From the NCBI GenBank assembly GCA_034440375.1, contig JAWXBZ010000092.1, positions 1 through 11,397 on the forward strand: 11,397 nt of DNA, given 5' to 3'. The translations under genes were made by a program, and so were the position numbers. The notes beneath the pieces were generated by a model. That model had not been told where the DNA came from. It saw only the letters and a list, made by a program, of their open reading frames with translations, and did not search any database. Below are positions 9,001 to 11,397 of this stretch, piece after piece (within the stretch, counting starts at the first letter, position 1; every line of letters begins with the position of its first letter). This DNA comes from Candidatus Eiseniibacteriota bacterium. GTDB taxonomy: Bacteria; Eisenbacteria; RBG-16-71-46; JABDJR01; JAWXBZ01.

Positions 9001-9221
9001 AGACCGGTCGCCAGCTGGCACTCGAGCTGAAAGCCGCCGATGCCCGCCCGGACGACCGACTCGCGGAGATGAGCCAGGATGGTGCGACTGGGAACGAGCA
9101 CGAGGAGACGGGCCCATGGATCCCTGGCCCGGAAGCGGGAGAAATCGTCAACGAAGGCCGATTCGAGCGCCCGGAAGCCGGACGCTCCAATGATCTCTGG
9201 GTTTGCTTGGCGCGTGGTCAC
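6081..9221 (-). CDS. addB: ATP-dependent helicase/nuclease subunit B (AddB-like; inactive helicase fold plus Fe-S PD-(D/E)xK nuclease), ~1046 aa
   Basis: AddB-type segments: LLVLVPS, YGFYDLTGNQRRLI, RREVTEVARRV, IGVIYR, LRGLDFDHLFLSG, DPILLDAER and SIASSFL. The C-terminal nuclease has SATELETCATCP, RGLLLHAIL, GYIDRVD, VDYKSG, LQLATY and a terminal Cys cluster. The start is reassigned to in-frame GTG 9221 (AAAGAGG 11 nt upstream) because the 9222-9938 extension is the antisense shadow of the PPIase gene. The exact start is less certain than the gene call. Confidence 0.88.
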   Translation of the reverse strand: MTTRQANPEIIGASGFRALESAFVDDFSRFRARDPWARLLVLVPSRTILAHLRESVVRAGIGGFQLECQLATGLADAILSESDTVPAPAEDVAAFLVRHLAVRLADSADSRFRAVARRGGFHESLLATFRDLDESGPNLAALQELARTANPKLAETLRLYLGWRQQLEALGLATVGQRLALAADAAGSFRIGQPVWTYGFYDLTGNQRRLIEALSRDRQMRIYLPLVGGMGAEYARPTREWFAALAPIEERPAALDEPGCTRWFNAAGERREVTEVARRVRRLIEAGVRPGRIGVIYRHKERFRGHVREVFGRAGLALASNEGEPLRQGRVGRGLRLFLEMAGRGTLRSDVIDFLDLALAETEPMSVAAFDTLSKTSGVTRGEASWRRGLERALRRDADAAATVATLAPHLDRLFGLLREFAGSKTFKAMADRLVGVVDQWFAADPSAGAVRTEVLALDTLDRAGEPADAAAFEWLLDRRLQAAARVVAHDREGIVTGDLVSLRGLDFDHLFLSGVTERSFPGPVVQDPILLDAERRRLSGCVAWLPLKRSGVDEEKLFFELMWESAQDRTLSWSRLDPAKGRPSIASSFLLEAAARELGHPVGFRELDGTGIRIPLDHLTQAREAGRRHPDTLLPPAGASGHLLEDALDDREFDQMLVMAALGAGRPERVAFLRADPAFDRCLEAAGDRWRPVFTSRDGALADPMALEILARRWGADHVWSATELETCATCPMRFLLERGLGLKEEPNPEDAEQLTHLDRGLLLHAILQEFLTRFGEELTVARGATGRGQLAAKEMLARGLSVIVDRRLAEFGESGLTGHPLLWSIESERIRLDLAEWLDFELTRMDALVPHSFELRFGRPPRRGRSEDAGSDPKPARVELGGGRVERLGGYIDRVDVSADGRVARIVDYKSGRVTGTPKHPLDGGRRLQLATYRLGLAARAGAPTRIDAEYLFLAGGTALEVLSDETARGEAAWFAAIIRILADTIRSGFLPAWPEREGVGRCACPYPSVCGVNREDLFERKRDDPRFAGLAGLDEASGVEVAE

Positions 9222-9235
9222 CCCTGTGATAGCCT
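9207..9235 (+). promoter_or_regulatory. Candidate sigma70-type promoter for the foldase gene
   Basis: TTGGCG (9207-9212), a 17-nt spacer, then TAGCCT (9230-9235), with an extended -10 TG at 9227-9228. Motif match only. Confidence 0.4.
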
Positions 9236-9249
9236 CTTTAGCTTCCCGA

Positions 9250-9279
9250 GCTGGCCGCGATCGTGGTCCGGCTTTTTTT
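9250..9279 (+). terminator. Weak intrinsic-terminator-like hairpin plus T7 tract in the addB/foldase divergent intergenic region
   Basis: GCTGGCCGC-GATC-GTGGTCCGGC forms an imperfect stem with G-U pairs and a bulge. It is followed by TTTTTTT (9273-9279). Confidence 0.3.
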
Positions 9280-9326
9280 CTGTGTTCGGTGAGCCCGCGC
9301 CCCCTGACGGTGGCGCGTCTGCCCCG

Positions 9327-9333
9327 AAAGGAG
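9327..9333 (+). promoter_or_regulatory. Shine-Dalgarno for the foldase gene
   Basis: AAAGGAG lies 11 nt upstream of ATG 9345. Confidence 0.65.
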
Positions 9334-9344
9334 ACCAATTTCCG

Positions 9345-10367
9345 ATGATCTGCAAACTGTCGAAGCCCGGCCATTCGGCTTCGTTCCGGAACGCCCTCGC
9401 ACTGTCCCTGACCATTACCCTGCTGGTCGGTTGTTCCAAGTCGAACAACTCGGCCGCAAAAGGGAGCGAAAAGGTAGGCAAACTGCCCGCCGGGGTGGCC
9501 GCCAGGGTCGACGGCACTGAAATCCCGACCAAGGACCTCGACCAGATGATGCTGGTCATGATGCAGCAGGGGTTTCAGCCGGATTCTACAACGCCCGGCG
9601 CCACGCCGGACGAACAGCGGCGGAATTTTGCCCTCGACCGGCTGATCGAGCGCCAGGTCGTCCTGAATGCCGCGCTGGCCGCGGGCGTCGGCCCCACACC
9701 GGCCGAACTCGACCAGCGAATTGCCCAGGTCAAGACAACCTACGGTATCGGCGATTCGCTTCCCGACGGGATGACCGAAGCCACTCTCCGCAAGAACTTG
9801 AGCGACGACATGACGATCACCCAGTATTTCAACAAGACGGTCATCGACTCCATCCCCGTGTCCCAGGCTGATGTCCAGGCCTATTACGACCAGAATCCGG
9901 CCATGTTCGCCGGCGACAACAGGATCCACACCAGCCACATCCTCTTCCTTGTGCCCCAGGGAGCGCCGTCCGAGCAGAAGGCCGTCATCCAGAAAAAGGC
10001 CGAGGTTGTGCTGGCGCAGGCAAAGAAAGGCGAAGATTTCGCCGAACTCGCCCGAAAATACTCAGAGGACCCGCAGAGTGGACCTGGAGGCGGCGATATG
10101 CAGTGGTTCAACCGGGGCCAGATGGTGCCGGAATTCGAGGCAGCGGCGTTTGCGATGGATGCCGGGCAGATCAGCAATTTAGTGGAGACCTCGTACGGGT
10201 TCCACATCATCAAAGTCATTGAGAAGGGGAAGCCCCTCAGCATCGAGGAGGTCAAACCGGACCTCGAACGGGTACTCCGCTCACAGAAGGCTCAGCTGGC
10301 CGTCAAGGCGCGCATTGACCAGCTCAAGGCCGGAACCGATGTCGTCAAGGCCCAGACAGCCGGCTAG
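9345..10367 (+). CDS. Parvulin (PpiC)-type peptidyl-prolyl cis-trans isomerase lipoprotein, PrsA/SurA-like foldase, 340 aa
   Basis: Signal peptide with lipobox LLVG-C (Cys30, codon 9432-9434). SurA-N-like region (VAARVDGTEI..., ALDRLIERQVVL). One parvulin domain: IHTSHIL, GEDFAELARKYSEDP..GGDMQWF.RGQMVPEFEAAAF, VETSYGFHIIKV. The ORF-track start at 8856 overlaps addB and is rejected. Confidence 0.92.
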   Translation: MICKLSKPGHSASFRNALALSLTITLLVGCSKSNNSAAKGSEKVGKLPAGVAARVDGTEIPTKDLDQMMLVMMQQGFQPDSTTPGATPDEQRRNFALDRLIERQVVLNAALAAGVGPTPAELDQRIAQVKTTYGIGDSLPDGMTEATLRKNLSDDMTITQYFNKTVIDSIPVSQADVQAYYDQNPAMFAGDNRIHTSHILFLVPQGAPSEQKAVIQKKAEVVLAQAKKGEDFAELARKYSEDPQSGPGGGDMQWFNRGQMVPEFEAAAFAMDAGQISNLVETSYGFHIIKVIEKGKPLSIEEVKPDLERVLRSQKAQLAVKARIDQLKAGTDVVKAQTAG

Positions 10368-10403
10368 AACAAACCTCGCGGCCGGAGAAAGACACCCGAC
10401 AGC

Positions 10404-11267
10404 ATGTCACCAACGAAAATTCTTCGACGCGCGATGGACCTGCACGGCCGCCAGGTTTCCTCGCGCATGCGAATCCCCGGAGGGCGCCGGCGTTACGGGC
10501 GCTGGTTCCGGGAGATGAAGGTCGATTTCAGCGAAGTTGTCCTCGACATCAATCCCGAACGCATCGCTCCAGGCGGAATCAACCTGGTGCAGATCTCCGA
10601 CATTCACTCGGGTCCCTACGTCGATGGCGCCGACCTGTTCGGCGTCATGGACCGTGTCACCGCCATGCAGCCTGACCTGATCGTCCTGACCGGGGATTTT
10701 GTGAACCGCGAGCCTGCGGAACTTGAGCCGGCGCTTCCGGCGCTTTCGTGCCTCGCGGCGCGGGGCGGCGTTTGGGCAGTCCTCGGGAACCACGACTTCT
10801 GGGGCGACGGAGCCACGGTGGCCGCCATGCTCGAGGGAATCGGCATCCGGATGCTCCGAAACGAAGGCACCGACATCGAGATCGACGGCACCCGCTTCCA
10901 TCTGGCCGGAGTCGACGACTGGAAGGAGGGAGAGGCCGACCTCCCGCTGGCAAGCCGCGATCGAACCAGCGGCATGCTGTCGATCCTCCTGTCCCACTGC
11001 CCCCAGATCATCGACGAAGCCGCCGACATGGGCTACGACCTCGTTCTCTCGGGCCACACCCACGGAATGCAGGTTCGCCTCCCCATATTTCGTCACCTGG
11101 CCCGCGACTTCATGCACGACAGCCACGACCACGGCCACTCACGCCACGGCGAAGGGGGCCGCACGCACCTCTACATCACGCGCGGCCTCGGCGTCGTCAC
11201 CCTCCCCTGGCGCTACAAGTGCCCGCCCGAGGTGAGTTGCATCCAGTTGCGCCCCCGCGCCGCCTGA
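10404..11267 (+). CDS. Calcineurin-like metallophosphoesterase (YkuE/YaeI-like)
   Basis: Five metal-binding motifs in order: QISDIH, VLTGDFV, VLGNHD, LLSHCP and LSGHTHG. C-terminal 'LYITRGLG...RYKCPPEV' is typical of the YkuE group. The start codon is uncertain because several in-frame ATGs lie downstream. Confidence 0.9.
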   Translation: MSPTKILRRAMDLHGRQVSSRMRIPGGRRRYGRWFREMKVDFSEVVLDINPERIAPGGINLVQISDIHSGPYVDGADLFGVMDRVTAMQPDLIVLTGDFVNREPAELEPALPALSCLAARGGVWAVLGNHDFWGDGATVAAMLEGIGIRMLRNEGTDIEIDGTRFHLAGVDDWKEGEADLPLASRDRTSGMLSILLSHCPQIIDEAADMGYDLVLSGHTHGMQVRLPIFRHLARDFMHDSHDHGHSRHGEGGRTHLYITRGLGVVTLPWRYKCPPEVSCIQLRPRAA

Positions 11268-11298
11268 CGCGCCGCCGAACGTCGCGAAGAACCATCTG

Positions 11299-11397
11299 AT
11301 CGGGATAGGGGGTAGCGGGTTTCGTCCCGCTACTCCCCTCCCACACCACCGGACATGCGGGTCCGCATCCGGCGGTTCGACAGGTCAGCGACCGGCC
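11299..11397 (-). mobile_element. 3' end (domain V, domain VI, 3' splice site) of a group II intron, class IIC-like; runs off the window edge
   Basis: The minus strand reads GAACCGCCGGATGCGGACCCGCATGTCCGGTGGTGT-GGGAGGGGAGTAGCGGG-ACGAAA-CCCGCTACCCCCT-A-TCCC-GAT. DV (11345-11376) is a stem with a CGC triad and 2-nt bulge. DVI (11302-11342) is a hairpin with a bulged branch-point A (11306). The element ends in AY (AT) at 11299. Confidence 0.9.

Noticed and set aside
9222..9938. N-terminal 239-aa extension of the addB ORF, and the reciprocal 8856-9344 extension of the PPIase ORF
   Set aside because: Each overlaps the other real gene on the opposite strand. Family similarity and SD-supported starts begin at 9221 (-) and 9345 (+).
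1..11267. All six genes as one novel functional system
   Set aside because: They form three transcription units in different orientations and belong to well-known housekeeping or envelope families. Nothing in the sequence ties them together beyond adjacency, and synteny analysis would be needed.
11256..11276. 9-bp direct repeat CGCGCCGCC flanking the stop codon, and CTGACGCGCC shared with 2667-2676
   Set aside because: Short, low-complexity GC sequence. It is not at the intron junction, and group II introns do not create target-site duplications.
11302..11376. Two strong hairpins after the phosphoesterase read as a simple terminator, REP element or CRISPR repeat
   Set aside because: There is no U-tract and no repeat-spacer periodicity. 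The reverse complement matches group II intron DV/DVI in sequence, order and terminal AY.

Overview
GC-rich bacterial window with six credible CDSs and the edge of a retroelement. In order: (1) a 5'-truncated peptidase S11 D-Ala-D-Ala peptidase (PBP7/PbpG-like, +); (2) a secreted protein with a complete 7-repeat FG-GAP/integrin-alpha-like beta-propeller, an Ig-like spacer and a T9SS-type-A/FlgD-Ig-like C-terminal domain (+); (3,4) a translationally coupled addB-addA helicase-nuclease pair (-), with addB probably starting at GTG 9221 rather than 9938; (5) a divergent PrsA/SurA-like parvulin lipoprotein foldase (+), probably starting at ATG 9345; (6) a YkuE-like metallophosphoesterase (+). The last ~100 nt, not explained by the ORF track, are the reverse complement of domains V and VI and the 3' splice end of a group II intron with a CGC triad (class IIC-like). 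The secreted-protein architecture suggests an FCB-superphylum host such as Eisenbacteria, Krumholzibacteriota or Latescibacterota (inference only). I cannot demonstrate a wholly new multi-gene system here. The best leads are the intron boundary, the T9SS-like cargo protein, a non-canonical Fe-S cysteine spacing in AddB, and a structured divergent intergenic region.
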